A stretch of DNA of 64,000 nt from Paracoccaceae bacterium (GTDB lineage: Bacteria; Pseudomonadota; Alphaproteobacteria; Rhodobacterales; Rhodobacteraceae). The first letter of the stretch is position 1; every line of letters begins with the position of its first letter. The notes under the pieces are model-generated. The model was not told the origin of the DNA and did no database searches. It was given only the letters and a program-made list of their open reading frames with translations. Location: contig JAUZRU010000003.1 of NCBI GenBank assembly GCA_030950185.1, forward strand, positions 5,003 to 69,002, read 5' to 3'. Below, one piece after another: positions 9,759 to 19,034 of the stretch. The translations under genes and the position numbers were made by a program.

Positions 9759-10853
9759 TCACTCGTTTGACTGGGTCGAGGCGCCATTGTCGCCCTGCAG
9801 AGCACCGGATGCAACCCGCGCAGCAAGCTTTTCCGTAAAACCGCTGCGGGCAAGCTGAAAGGCCAGCCTGATGGCCGATGAAACGCCGGTGGCATCGGCA
9901 TCGCCATGGGATTTGATGACCGTGCCGTTGAGACCCAGAAAAACCCCGCCATTGACGCGGCGGGGGTCGATCTTGCGATGCATCCGCCGCAGCGAGGTCA
10001 TGGCAAACATCGCGCCTATGCGCGACAGCGGGGTATGGCGAAAGGCCGCCCGCAATTCGCGGCTGACAAAGGACGCGGTGCCCTCGGCAGTTTTCAGCGC
10101 CACATTGCCGGTAAACCCGTCGGTGACGATCACATCGACCCGATCCGAGGGGATGTCGCTGCCTTCGACAAAGCCGACGAAATCGAAATTGCCCTTTTCC
10201 TGGCGCGAGCCGATCAGCTCCAGCGCCTGTTTCAGTTCGGTGCGCCCCTTGTGTTCTTCGGTGCCGACATTCAGCAGGCCGATGCGGGGTTTGGGAATGG
10301 AAAGGCCGTTGCGTGCGAATGACGCCCCCATCAGCGCGTATTGCAGCAGATCGCTGGCCTCGGCCCGCACATCAGCGCCCGCGTCAAGCAGCACGTTGAA
10401 ACCCTGGGGGTTGCTGGAAGGCCACTGGATGGCGATGGCCGGTCGCGTGACGCCGGGCAGCTTGCGCAGGCGCAACATGGACAGCGCCATCAGCGCGCCA
10501 GTGTTGCCGCAGGAAACCGCAACGGTGGCGTTGCCTTGCCGCACACAGTCGATCGCCCCCCACATCGAGGTGCCCTTGCCATGGCGCATCACATGGCTGG
10601 GCTTGGCGTCCATGTTGACGACACCTTCGGCATGGCGAATCTCGCAGATGCCGGCAAGGTGCTTGCGTCGTCTTATCAGGCGTTCAAGCGTGGGCTTGTC
10701 GCCATGCACGATGAATCTGATTTCGGGGTTCTTGCTGGCGGAACGGGCGATGCCGGCGACAACTGCCGCCGGGCCCCGATCGCTTCCCATGGCGTCGACC
10801 GAGATGACCACCTCGTTGCGGGCGCTGCCCGCGGGATGCGCCTGCCCGGTCAT
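9759..10853 (-). CDS. plsX: Phosphate acyltransferase
   Basis: 364 aa. PlsX signature ISVDAMGSDRGP. Lies in the conserved rpmF-plsX-fabH order. Confidence 0.95.
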   Translation of the reverse strand: MTGQAHPAGSARNEVVISVDAMGSDRGPAAVVAGIARSASKNPEIRFIVHGDKPTLERLIRRRKHLAGICEIRHAEGVVNMDAKPSHVMRHGKGTSMWGAIDCVRQGNATVAVSCGNTGALMALSMLRLRKLPGVTRPAIAIQWPSSNPQGFNVLLDAGADVRAEASDLLQYALMGASFARNGLSIPKPRIGLLNVGTEEHKGRTELKQALELIGSRQEKGNFDFVGFVEGSDIPSDRVDVIVTDGFTGNVALKTAEGTASFVSRELRAAFRHTPLSRIGAMFAMTSLRRMHRKIDPRRVNGGVFLGLNGTVIKSHGDADATGVSSAIRLAFQLARSGFTEKLAARVASGALQGDNGASTQSNE

Positions 10854-10877
10854 GCGTCCGACCCCCTGATACGGGTG

Positions 10878-11084
10878 TTACGCCGCGTCTTCGTCCAGAT
10901 CGATCTCGTCCGCCAGCGCGATGACTTCGCGGTCGGCATAATGCCCGCAGGACGGACAGACATGATGCGGACGCTTGAGTTCGCCGCAGTTCGAGCATTC
11001 GTTGGGATTGTCGGCCACCAGAGCGTCGTGCGAACGGCGCTGGTTCCGGCGGGAGCGGGTGATCTTGTTCTGTGGGACAGCCAT
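10878..11084 (-). CDS. rpmF: 50S ribosomal protein L32
   Basis: 68 aa from the internal ATG ([20 protein letters not shown]...), with a CxxC...CxxC zinc ribbon. The ORF-track N-terminal extension to 11165 is unsupported. Confidence 0.93.
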   Translation of the reverse strand: MAVPQNKITRSRRNQRRSHDALVADNPNECSNCGELKRPHHVCPSCGHYADREVIALADEIDLDEDAA

Positions 11085-11248
11085 GTCACAACCTCGGTTC
11101 TGGGGCACGCCAGGGCGCCCGATTTCGGACCCGGCAGGGCAAGTGTCGGGCACAGCCCGGACCACTCGCCAACCGGGGTTGGAAAGGAAGCCGCGAAAAT
11201 ACTCGGAAAATGCGTCAGCGCAACCCCCAATTTACATCCTCTCGCGGC

Positions 11249-11818
11249 CTATTTCTGCAATTTCTCGCGCAACTGCGCCAAAGATGCAAAGGGTTTTGTG
11301 TCAGCCTCTTCGATCGGGGCCGCATCCGGGGGTGTCGCAACGGTCTTTTCCAGCGTTCCATCGGCCTTGCGCGGATAGTCGGGAATGGCCAGCGACAGGG
11401 ATTCGCTCAGCACCGCCATCATGTCTATTTCGTGGCGCAGGGGTTCCAGCTCGTCATTGCCGTCAAAGACCGATTCTTCCTCTTCGGGGAAGGGGCTGTA
11501 GTTGCGGCTGAAGATGCGGGTGACGGGCACGTCAAGACGGGTCGTGACGGGCTCGTCGGTTACCACGCAGGGCTGCACGACGGTGGCGCCAAGCATGGCG
11601 TCAAGTTTCCAGTCGCCGTTTTCCAGCTGCCGCAGCGTTCCCGCCAGACGCAGCTTGCGCAGCGCCGAAAGGCCCAGAAAGGCCGCCAGATCCTTGCACA
11701 CGGCGCCGTCGGGCCGCATGTCAAAGCGGTTGTCGCCCTTGGGGTCGAGATGGCGCAGCCGCAGGATCCAGGGCGCGCCAAGCGCGACAGCGGCGGCCTT
11801 GTCAGCGGATTTCGTCAT
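11249..11818 (-). CDS. YceD/DUF177 family protein
   Basis: Acidic ~190-aa ORF immediately upstream of rpmF, the canonical yceD position. Start chosen at MTKSADK; 11860 is also possible. Confidence 0.65.
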   Translation of the reverse strand: MTKSADKAAAVALGAPWILRLRHLDPKGDNRFDMRPDGAVCKDLAAFLGLSALRKLRLAGTLRQLENGDWKLDAMLGATVVQPCVVTDEPVTTRLDVPVTRIFSRNYSPFPEEEESVFDGNDELEPLRHEIDMMAVLSESLSLAIPDYPRKADGTLEKTVATPPDAAPIEEADTKPFASLAQLREKLQK

Positions 11819-11932
11819 TCGGTTGCAACCCTTGCAGGATAATTTTTTCGTAAGCCTCAACTTTCTTGCTTGTTTTGCACGTCTTCGCTAAGCCGACAAG
11901 AAGGATATGCGGTCTGGGTGAGGATGACGCGA

Positions 11933-12397
11933 ATGCTGGCAGTGAACAGGCTGGGTTTGAAGGCGGGGCTTTTGGCCGCGCTTCTTTTCGTGTTGGCGGG
12001 ATGTGCGGCGATCATCGTCAGCCACGGCTATGCGCCCACGGAGGCCGAGCTGAAGGTGATCAAGGTTGGTGTCGATGACAAGGCCTCGGTCGAACAGGCC
12101 ATTGGCCGTCCGGGCGCAACCGGGGTCATCGGGGATGATACCTGGTATTACATGTCCAGCAAGATCAGAAACTATGCTTACAAGGCGCCGAAGGTCATCG
12201 ATCGGCAGCTTGTCGCCATCCGCTTTGGCAAGAATGGACGTGTCGCCAATATCGAGCGATTTACCCTGAAGGATGGCCGTGTGATCGCCCTGAATCGTCG
12301 CGTGACCGATACCGGCATCAAGGGGGTTTCGTTTATCGGGCAGATGCTTGGCAATGTCGGGCGCATGAACCTGTCGGACCAGCCGCCGCCACAATAG
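11933..12397 (+). CDS. bamE: Outer membrane protein assembly factor BamE (SmpA/OmlA lipoprotein)
   Basis: Signal peptide with lipobox LAGC followed by a SmpA/OmlA-like domain (GYAPTEAELKVIKVGVDDKASVEQAIGRP...WYY). GAGGA lies 8 nt upstream of the ATG at 11933; 11924 is an alternative start. Confidence 0.75.
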   Translation: MLAVNRLGLKAGLLAALLFVLAGCAAIIVSHGYAPTEAELKVIKVGVDDKASVEQAIGRPGATGVIGDDTWYYMSSKIRNYAYKAPKVIDRQLVAIRFGKNGRVANIERFTLKDGRVIALNRRVTDTGIKGVSFIGQMLGNVGRMNLSDQPPPQ

Positions 12398-12444
12398 GCG
12401 GACAGCAGGCGACAGGTGATTTTCTTCCCTTGTGATTGCCGCGG

Positions 12445-12852
12445 TCAGTCTGTCGCGGGATCGTCGGGATCGAAAAGCAGCGCTATGCCATTTATGCAGT
12501 AGCGTAATCCGGTCGGGGGGGGGCCATCCTCGAACATATGACCCAGATGTGCATCGCAGTTCGTGCACAGTACCTCGGTCCGTTTGGAAAACCAGCTGTT
12601 GTCTTCGCGCATTGTGATCGCTGATTCGCTGATCGGCTGATAAAACGAGGGCCAGCCGGTGCCCGAGTCGAACTTGGCATCGGAATGAAACAGCGGCTCA
12701 TTGCAGCAGATGCAGCGGAACTGGCCTTTCCTGTCGGGAAAATCGTCATGGCTGAAAGGGCGTTCGGTCGCGCCTTTACGGGTCACCTTGTAGGCCAGTT
12801 CAGACAGGCGGGCGCGCCATTCCGAATCGGATTTGGTGAATTTGGGGGCCAT
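12445..12852 (-). CDS. msrB: Peptide-methionine (R)-S-oxide reductase
   Basis: 135 aa. Has the RYCINGIAL catalytic motif, two CxxC zinc pairs, and GTGWPSF. Confidence 0.95.
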   Translation of the reverse strand: MAPKFTKSDSEWRARLSELAYKVTRKGATERPFSHDDFPDRKGQFRCICCNEPLFHSDAKFDSGTGWPSFYQPISESAITMREDNSWFSKRTEVLCTNCDAHLGHMFEDGPPPTGLRYCINGIALLFDPDDPATD

Positions 12853-12977
12853 TCTAACCTCATTTCCCGACGAACGCCGGCGCTACCGTTGAAAACCCGT
12901 TCAACTGAGACAGATATAGTGTTACCCAACTTACCTAACAACCTGCCGAAAGGTTACTTTGGGGCTGTCTCGGAAAC

Positions 12978-13742
12978 ATGGATGAACACCAGTTGACCGA
13001 TCTTGCCAAGGGCCGATACCGGGCCGGGATCGTGCGCTCGCAAGAGGGGATCCGCCAGATCCTTGAATTGCGTGCACGCTGTTTCAGGTCGGGCTGCGGC
13101 CCGGTCGGGATGGGCAGCGATCTGGACCGGCACGACGCGTTCTTTCAACAGGTTGCCATCCACGACACTGTGCTGGACAAGCTGGTCGGGTGCTATCGTT
13201 TCAAGTTGTTTCAAGGCGGATCCGATATCGGAAACGGCTATGCCGCCGGGTATTACGACCTGTCGCCGCTTGCAGGGTATCAGGGCCCGATGCTGGAAAT
13301 GGGGCGATTCTGTCTGGCCCCTGGCAGTTTCAGCCCTGATGTGTTGCGCATGGCCTGGGGTTTTCTGACCCGCGTGGTTGACCAGGCCGGGGTCAGGATG
13401 ATCTTTGGATGTTCTTCCTTTCACGGCGCCGATATTGCCCGGCATGAAGATGCCCTTGCATTGTTGCGCAGCCGCTACCTGGGCCCCCGGGGATGGTTGC
13501 CCAGGATGAAGGCGGTCGAATGTTTCCCCTTTGCCAGCCGCCTGGTGCAGCGCAAGCCCGATCCGGGCAAGGCGCTTAAATCGATGCCGCCATTGCTGCG
13601 CAGCTATCTGGCAATGGGGGGGTGGGTTTCCGATCACGCTGTGATCGATTCCGATCTGGACACGATTCACGTTTTCACGGGCCTCGAGATCGAGGCGATT
13701 CCGCCTGCCAGAGCCAGATCTCTCAGAGCTATTTCTTCCTGA
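12978..13742 (+). CDS. GNAT-like N-acyltransferase (OlsB/N-acyl amino acid synthase-type, hemolysin-like family)
   Basis: 254 aa. The N-terminal GRYRAGIVRSQEGIRQILELRARCF and overall length resemble ornithine-lipid OlsB-type acyltransferases. Assigned from memory of the family, not from a search. Confidence 0.65.
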   Translation: MDEHQLTDLAKGRYRAGIVRSQEGIRQILELRARCFRSGCGPVGMGSDLDRHDAFFQQVAIHDTVLDKLVGCYRFKLFQGGSDIGNGYAAGYYDLSPLAGYQGPMLEMGRFCLAPGSFSPDVLRMAWGFLTRVVDQAGVRMIFGCSSFHGADIARHEDALALLRSRYLGPRGWLPRMKAVECFPFASRLVQRKPDPGKALKSMPPLLRSYLAMGGWVSDHAVIDSDLDTIHVFTGLEIEAIPPARARSLRAISS

Positions 13743-13804
13743 TTGTTCAAGTTGTTGTGGCAGGACATTCGTGCATGTCTGGCCATTTTTCGCGGTCGGT
13801 CGGC

Positions 13805-13818
13805 TTGATATTGATCAA
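13805..13818. promoter_or_regulatory. Perfect FNR/CRP-family consensus box TTGAT-ATTG-ATCAA
   Basis: Exact match to TTGAT-N4-ATCAA. Lies in an AT-rich spacer between the 3' ends of two convergent genes. Confidence 0.4.
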
Positions 13819-13904
13819 TCAATCAATATAAATGTGATCACAAATCTACGGCTTCGCTGTGCTGTCGCAGAGACCGGCACAAGGCCCTGAGGACGAAATG
13901 AAGA

Positions 13905-14921
13905 TCAGCCGCCGGTGTGGCTCATGTGCCGCGACATCTGACCTGACACCGACTGACGCGAATAATCGAAATCATGGCCTTTCGGCTTTTTCGTGATCGC
14001 CTCGTGCAACGCCCGGATCACCGGTGCATCATCATCCGGGTTGTCGCGCAGGACCTTGCGCAGATCATATTCGCCCTCTTGCCCAAGGCACTGAAACAGC
14101 TGCCCGGTGCATGTCAGGCGCACCCGGTTGCAGGATTCACAGAAATTGTGGGACAGCGGTGTGATGAAGCCCAGCTTCTGGCCGGTTTCCTCGACCCGGC
14201 GATAGCGCGCCGGCCCGCCGGTGCTTTCGGCCAGATCGGTCAGGCGATAACGGGTTTCCAGCTGTCGGGCGACGTCGTTCAAGGACCAGTACTGGCCAAG
14301 CCGCTCTTCGCTGGCGATGTCTTCGCCCATGGGCATGACCTCGATAAAGGTGAGGTCCATTCCCTGTTCGGCGCACCATTCGACCATGTCGAACAGCTCG
14401 TCGTCATTGAATCCTTTCAGCGCGACCATGTTGATCTTGATGCGCAGCCCGGCGTCCTGGGCGGCGCGGATCCCGTCCATGACCTGCGGCAGGCGCCCCC
14501 AGCGGGTGACGCGTTTGAACTTGTCCGCGTTCAGCGTATCAAGCGAAATATTGACCCGGCGCACCCCGAAACCCGCAAGGTCAGCGGCGAAGCGGGCCAG
14601 TTGCGAGCCGTTTGTCGTCAGTGTCAGCTCGTCCAGCGCGCCGCTTTCAAGGTGGCGGGACATGGCCTGAAAGAAATTCATGATGCCGCGCCGCACCAAT
14701 GGTTCACCCCCGGTGACGCGCAGCTTGCGTACCCCTTGCGAGATGAAGGCAGAACACAGCCTGTCCAGCTCTTCCAGGGTCAGCAGGTCGCGTTTGGGCA
14801 GAAAGGTCATGTGTTCCGACATGCAATAGACACAGCGGAAATCGCACCTGTCGGTGACAGAGACGCGCAGATAGGTGATCGCGCGCTGAAACGGGTCTAT
14901 GAGTCGGGGTGCATCAGACAT
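13905..14921 (-). CDS. moaA: GTP 3',8-cyclase (molybdenum cofactor biosynthesis protein A)
   Basis: 338 aa from [11 protein letters not shown]. Radical-SAM CDFRCVYC motif and a C-terminal Cys cluster ([14 protein letters not shown]). The 622-aa ORF-track entry is an unsupported N-terminal extension. Confidence 0.93.
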   Translation of the reverse strand: MSDAPRLIDPFQRAITYLRVSVTDRCDFRCVYCMSEHMTFLPKRDLLTLEELDRLCSAFISQGVRKLRVTGGEPLVRRGIMNFFQAMSRHLESGALDELTLTTNGSQLARFAADLAGFGVRRVNISLDTLNADKFKRVTRWGRLPQVMDGIRAAQDAGLRIKINMVALKGFNDDELFDMVEWCAEQGMDLTFIEVMPMGEDIASEERLGQYWSLNDVARQLETRYRLTDLAESTGGPARYRRVEETGQKLGFITPLSHNFCESCNRVRLTCTGQLFQCLGQEGEYDLRKVLRDNPDDDAPVIRALHEAITKKPKGHDFDYSRQSVSGQMSRHMSHTGG

Positions 14922-14997
14922 GGCAGACAGGGTATCCTTGGCTGGCCGTTTGCGCAAGGCGTTGATGCCGGTGGCAAAGGCTTCTACACTTGCGGCC

Positions 14998-15582
14998 ATG
15001 ACAACGCGCATGACTTTGTTTTTTCCGGCGTCTCCCCGGTTCCTGCTGGGGGCTTTGGCGCTGGTTCTTCTGTCTGGCTGCACGCTGACGCTGCCGCGCC
15101 TGTTCAAGCAACGTGAAGCTGCCCCGGTTTGCGTGGGCAACAACTGCCCCACGGCCGAGGTCGCCGGCCCCGACACCCCGCGCCCCCAGCCGCGGCCGCT
15201 CGTCGAGGGCACTGACGCCGGCTCAAGACCCAGGGCCAGGGGCTTTGTCGAAGGTATTGCGCCCGACAAGCTGGACAAGACCACCGAGGTGGAAAAGGCC
15301 GCTGCGACCACCGGGCCGGTCGGTGGCGAAGTCAGGCTCGGCCGTACCATCGCCTCGCTTGGCGATGTGATGCGGCAAGGGTTCTGGTTGAAAACCCCGC
15401 TGGTCGACAAGGAAACCGAGGGACGAATCGTTCTGGCAGATACGGGAAACAGTGTGAAGGTGACATTGATCCCCAAAGGTGGCGACAAGGGCGCGGGCAG
15501 CCAGATCTCTCTGGCGGCAATGCGGGCGCTGGAAATCCCGCTCACGACGCTTCCCGAACTGATCGTGTTTGCGGCGAAATAG
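14998..15582 (+). CDS. Hypothetical lipoprotein (C-terminal segment resembles half of an RlpA DPBB fold)
   Basis: Lipobox LLSGC, Pro-rich linker, then [52 protein letters not shown]. Start set at the ATG at 14998. Confidence 0.55.
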   Translation: MTTRMTLFFPASPRFLLGALALVLLSGCTLTLPRLFKQREAAPVCVGNNCPTAEVAGPDTPRPQPRPLVEGTDAGSRPRARGFVEGIAPDKLDKTTEVEKAAATTGPVGGEVRLGRTIASLGDVMRQGFWLKTPLVDKETEGRIVLADTGNSVKVTLIPKGGDKGAGSQISLAAMRALEIPLTTLPELIVFAAK

Positions 15583-15588
15583 GGTCGT

Positions 15589-17211
15589 ATGATGTTGAAC
15601 CGCAAGATTTTCACACAACCATCGGATTGGGATGCCCTGCGGCGCGGCTTTCGTTGGGATGTGCCGGAACATTTCAACATCGGGGTCGCGTGTTGCGACG
15701 ACTGGGCGCGGGCCGATCCGGGCAGGGTTGCCGTTGTGCATATGGGCGCAGGGGGCGAAGTCGAGGAATTCACCTATGATCGCCTGCGCCGGGCCTCGAA
15801 CGCGCTGGCCAATGCCCTTGTCGCCCGCGGCCTGAAACGCGGCGACCGGGTGGCGGTGCTGCTGGCGCAATCGCCCGAGGTGCTGATCACCCATTTTGCG
15901 GCCCACAAGGCGGGCATGATCACCATTCCGCTGTTCACCCTGTTTGGCGAAGAGGCGCTTGAATATCGGTTGCGCGATTCCGGCGCGCGGGCGGTTGTGA
16001 CCGACCGTGAAAACCTGCCCAAGATTGCGGCCCTGCGCGACCGGCTGCCGGATCTGGCCGTCGTGCATGTAGTCGAGGGCGCCGAGGGGGGCGCATTCGG
16101 CCTGTGGCAAGATATGGAATCCGCTTCGGATACCTTCACCCCGGTCAACACGCTGGCCGAGGATCCGGCCGTCATCATCTATACATCCGGCACCACCGGC
16201 CCGCCCAAGGGCGCGCTTCATGCGCATCGCTTTCTGCTGGGCCATATGCCCGCGATCGAGTTGCAGCATGATTTCTTTCCCCATCCGGGCGATATCGGCT
16301 GGACCCCGGCCGACTGGGCCTGGGTCGGGGGGCTGATGAATATCGCGCTGGGCTATCTCTATTACGGGGTGCCCGTGGTCTCGCACCGGATGGGGCGGTT
16401 CGATGCCGAGGCTGCCTTTGCCATGATCGCGCGGCTGAACATCCGCAACCTGTTTCTGCCGCCCACCGCGCTCAAGCTCATGCGCCAGGTTGCGCCGCCC
16501 AGAGGGCTGAATATCCGCACGATAATGTCGGGGGGCGAATCGCTGGGCGCCGACATGCTGGACTGGGGGCGCAGCGCGCTGGGGGTGACGATCAACGAAA
16601 CCTATGGCCAGACGGAATGCAACCTCTGCCTGACCTCGAGCGCCGGCATCGGCGTGCAGAAACCCGGCGCCATCGGCAAGCCGGTACCCGGTTTCGATAT
16701 CGCCATCATCGACAGCGCGGGAAACGAACTGCCGCGCGGCGCGCTGGGCGAAATCGCCGTGCGTCGCACCACGCCGGTCATGTTTCTGGAATACTGGAAA
16801 CAGCCCGAAAAGACGGCCGAGAAATTCGTCGGCGACTGGATGCGCACCGGCGATCTGGGCGTCATGGACGAACAGGACTATGTGACGTTTCAATCGCGCG
16901 ATGACGACGTGATCACATCATCAGGCTATCGCATCGGCCCGACCGAGATCGAGAACTGTCTGACCGGCCACCCCGATGTCGCCATGGCCGCGGTTGTCGG
17001 CATCCCCGACGCGGTACGCACCGAGATCGTCAAGGCCTTCGTGGTACTGCGCGAGGGGGCATCACCCGAGGGGATCGAAGACGCGCTGAGGGCGCGCGTG
17101 CGTGAACGCCTTTCCCCCCATCTTGCCCCGCGCGTGGTCGAGGTGATCGACGCCATGCCGATGACTGCAACCGGCAAGATCATGCGCCGCGAGCTGCGCG
17201 CGCGGGGGTAG
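15589..17211 (+). CDS. AMP-dependent acyl-CoA synthetase/ligase
   Basis: 540 aa. AMP-binding motif [13 protein letters not shown], plus YGQTE and GDLG...D...GR..D motifs. Substrate unknown. Confidence 0.85.
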   Translation: MMLNRKIFTQPSDWDALRRGFRWDVPEHFNIGVACCDDWARADPGRVAVVHMGAGGEVEEFTYDRLRRASNALANALVARGLKRGDRVAVLLAQSPEVLITHFAAHKAGMITIPLFTLFGEEALEYRLRDSGARAVVTDRENLPKIAALRDRLPDLAVVHVVEGAEGGAFGLWQDMESASDTFTPVNTLAEDPAVIIYTSGTTGPPKGALHAHRFLLGHMPAIELQHDFFPHPGDIGWTPADWAWVGGLMNIALGYLYYGVPVVSHRMGRFDAEAAFAMIARLNIRNLFLPPTALKLMRQVAPPRGLNIRTIMSGGESLGADMLDWGRSALGVTINETYGQTECNLCLTSSAGIGVQKPGAIGKPVPGFDIAIIDSAGNELPRGALGEIAVRRTTPVMFLEYWKQPEKTAEKFVGDWMRTGDLGVMDEQDYVTFQSRDDDVITSSGYRIGPTEIENCLTGHPDVAMAAVVGIPDAVRTEIVKAFVVLREGASPEGIEDALRARVRERLSPHLAPRVVEVIDAMPMTATGKIMRRELRARG

Positions 17212-17235
17212 GGCGCGGGGGTAGGGCATGCGCGC

Positions 17236-18096
17236 TCAGATCTGGACCCAGCTTTCCGGCACAAGGTTGTGATCCTGCATCGCGGGGTCCGCAAACCAGC
17301 GTTTCGGGGCGACCACGATCTTGCCGGGGTCGGGGTTCAGCCAGGCACCCCACCAGGAAAAGGATGAATTGGCCACGATGTGGTGCCGACAACGATACAT
17401 CAGTCGGATGTCTTCGTAATTATGTTCGGGTCCGTTATGGGACACGATCCGCATGGGGTAGGGAAGTTTCAGGTTTTCACGCACCCAGTCGGGTTCGTCG
17501 GAAAAGGCGAAAAAGACGGGTTCGCGCCCGATCCGTTCAACGATCAGATCGGCGGCACGGCGGTAGTAATCCAGATCACAGGTGCCGTGGACGGCGTTGA
17601 ATTTCGGGTTTGAAACATAATCCCCGCGCCGCACATGCAACGAGACCGGATAGCAGGAATCCTGTTCTTCCATCACCTTGCGGTTTTCGTCCGTAGGCGG
17701 CGTGATCACCTGAAGATGCTGGCGCACCAGATCGGCGTGATCCTTGAAATACAGCTCTGTCTGCCAATAGCCTTTCAGATAGGTGCCATCGCCCAGGGTC
17801 TTTTCGGCCGGGTCATAGGCCAGGGATTTTTCCTTGAACATGGTCCAGTCATCACCGCGGATCTTGGCAGCCAGATAGGGCAGCAGCCCGTCATGGCGCA
17901 TGGCCGGCAGGCGCTTGCGCACAACCTCGGGTGTGTTGATGGAAAAATGGTGCAGGCACAGCTCGTCCGGGCGGGGCTTGTCAAAATAGCGCGTGTCGAT
18001 GCGCAGCTCGACCCCCAGCCGCGCGGCAAGGGCCTTGCCAAAGGCAAATTGAAAGAGCTGGTTTCCGAGCCCGCCAAAGATATGGGTGACGATCAT
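17236..18096 (-). CDS. Alpha-1,2-fucosyltransferase-like glycosyltransferase (GT11)
   Basis: 286 aa. GT11 motifs GGLGNQLFQFAFG at the N-terminus and HVRRGDYV. Codon usage is visibly more AT-rich than in neighbouring genes. Confidence 0.85.
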   Translation of the reverse strand: MIVTHIFGGLGNQLFQFAFGKALAARLGVELRIDTRYFDKPRPDELCLHHFSINTPEVVRKRLPAMRHDGLLPYLAAKIRGDDWTMFKEKSLAYDPAEKTLGDGTYLKGYWQTELYFKDHADLVRQHLQVITPPTDENRKVMEEQDSCYPVSLHVRRGDYVSNPKFNAVHGTCDLDYYRRAADLIVERIGREPVFFAFSDEPDWVRENLKLPYPMRIVSHNGPEHNYEDIRLMYRCRHHIVANSSFSWWGAWLNPDPGKIVVAPKRWFADPAMQDHNLVPESWVQI

Positions 18097-18136
18097 GGTT
18101 CATTTCCGTGGTTTCGGTTCGGATCACGCCATAACA

Positions 18137-18171
18137 TGCAAGCACGCGCCTTGCACAGGGGCGTGCTTGCA
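18137..18171. promoter_or_regulatory. 11-bp perfect inverted repeat (TGCAAGCACGC-13 nt-GCGTGCTTGCA) in a divergent promoter region
   Basis: Read directly from the sequence. Lies between the GT11 start (18096) and the start of the opposite three-gene unit (18228). Confidence 0.35.
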
Positions 18172-18227
18172 GCGGATCAGGACAGGCGTTAGAGGCTTGG
18201 GCGACAGAAACACGGATACGCGACGAC

Positions 18228-19034
18228 ATGATCGAATGTGAGACGGCAAGTGACACCGGAGGTCGGGATTCGCCCGCGCCTCGTCCTGATGGTTGTGCCG
18301 GCATCGCTGCCATCGTCGTGGTTCGCGACGGTGGCCCCATGGCATGCGCTGCCATTCGCAGCCATGTTTCTTTGGTCGATCAGGTCATTGCAGTGCATTC
18401 CACCGACAATGACGCCATCCCTGCGGCGCTGTCTGATCTGCGGCAAGAGTTGGGGGCGCGATTGCAGGTGGTTTCCGCCCCGCGGGGCGAGGATGATCTT
18501 TGGGCATATGGCGTTTCGCAAGCCCCTGGCGCGGTCGTTGTGGGGTTTCACGACGACCAGATTGCCTTTCCGACCCTCTTCCGGCGATGCAGGGTCGATC
18601 TGGATGCGGTCGCGCTGCAAGCGGGGCGGGTGTTCGGTCTGGCCGTTCTGAATCTTGCCCATGACCACAAGGGAAAGCTGGGGATCTCGTCCAAGTTTCC
18701 GATCACCCATGGGGGTGCGCTGGGTTTCTTTGCGCCGGACACGCAGGAAACGGGTCGTATCTTTGCCGGCTTTGCCGGCTTTCGCCTGTTGACCGGTCAC
18801 CTTGGCGCAGATCGCCCCCGTCACGTCATGGATCTGGCCGAGGCGCGCGCCGCCATGGCGCCGGGGCCGGTTGCACGGCTTTCAGCACTTTTCGGGGCCG
18901 GGCGCCGGTTCGAACTGGAATGCCAGACCGCAGTTGCGCCGACCTTTCCCGACGACCATCTGACGGATGCGTTGGGGCGGCTGGCGCCGGGGTGGCGCGA
19001 TGTTCCGGGGATCGGGGGGCAGGGTGATGTCTGA
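18228..19034 (+). CDS. Hypothetical protein, possibly a degenerate GT-A fold glycosyltransferase
   Basis: Reads IAAIVVVRDGG...VIAVHSTDNDAIPAAL...GFHDDQ, which resembles GT2-type Rossmann and DxD regions. Its stop overlaps the GT25 start by 8 nt. The antisense ORF 18189-18824 is Arg-rich nonsense. Confidence 0.5.
   Translation: MIECETASDTGGRDSPAPRPDGCAGIAAIVVVRDGGPMACAAIRSHVSLVDQVIAVHSTDNDAIPAALSDLRQELGARLQVVSAPRGEDDLWAYGVSQAPGAVVVGFHDDQIAFPTLFRRCRVDLDAVALQAGRVFGLAVLNLAHDHKGKLGISSKFPITHGGALGFFAPDTQETGRIFAGFAGFRLLTGHLGADRPRHVMDLAEARAAMAPGPVARLSALFGAGRRFELECQTAVAPTFPDDHLTDALGRLAPGWRDVPGIGGQGDV

Noticed and set aside
11192-11204. Possible eleventh copy of the 21-bp repeat (CGCGAAAATACTC) in the yceD-rpmF spacer
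   Set aside because: Only the AAATACTC half matches, and the TTCTTCTTTG half is absent. It may be a decayed copy or chance, so it is not counted.
13815-13826. (TCAA)x3 tetranucleotide run, considered as a phase-variation tract
   Set aside because: There are only three units, the run is not inside or upstream of a gene, and it overlaps the FNR-type box. It is too short for slipped-strand switching.
14922-14997. Possible Moco riboswitch upstream of moaA
   Set aside because: Only 76 nt separate moaA from the divergent lipoprotein gene. That is too short for the ~130-140-nt Moco RNA motif, and I saw none of its conserved features.
13905-15773. 622-aa reading of the moaA frame
   Set aside because: The N-terminal ~280 aa is Ser/Pro/Ala-rich with no motifs and overlaps the opposite-strand lipoprotein gene and the acyl-CoA synthetase start. 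MoaA begins at the internal MSDAPRL (14921).
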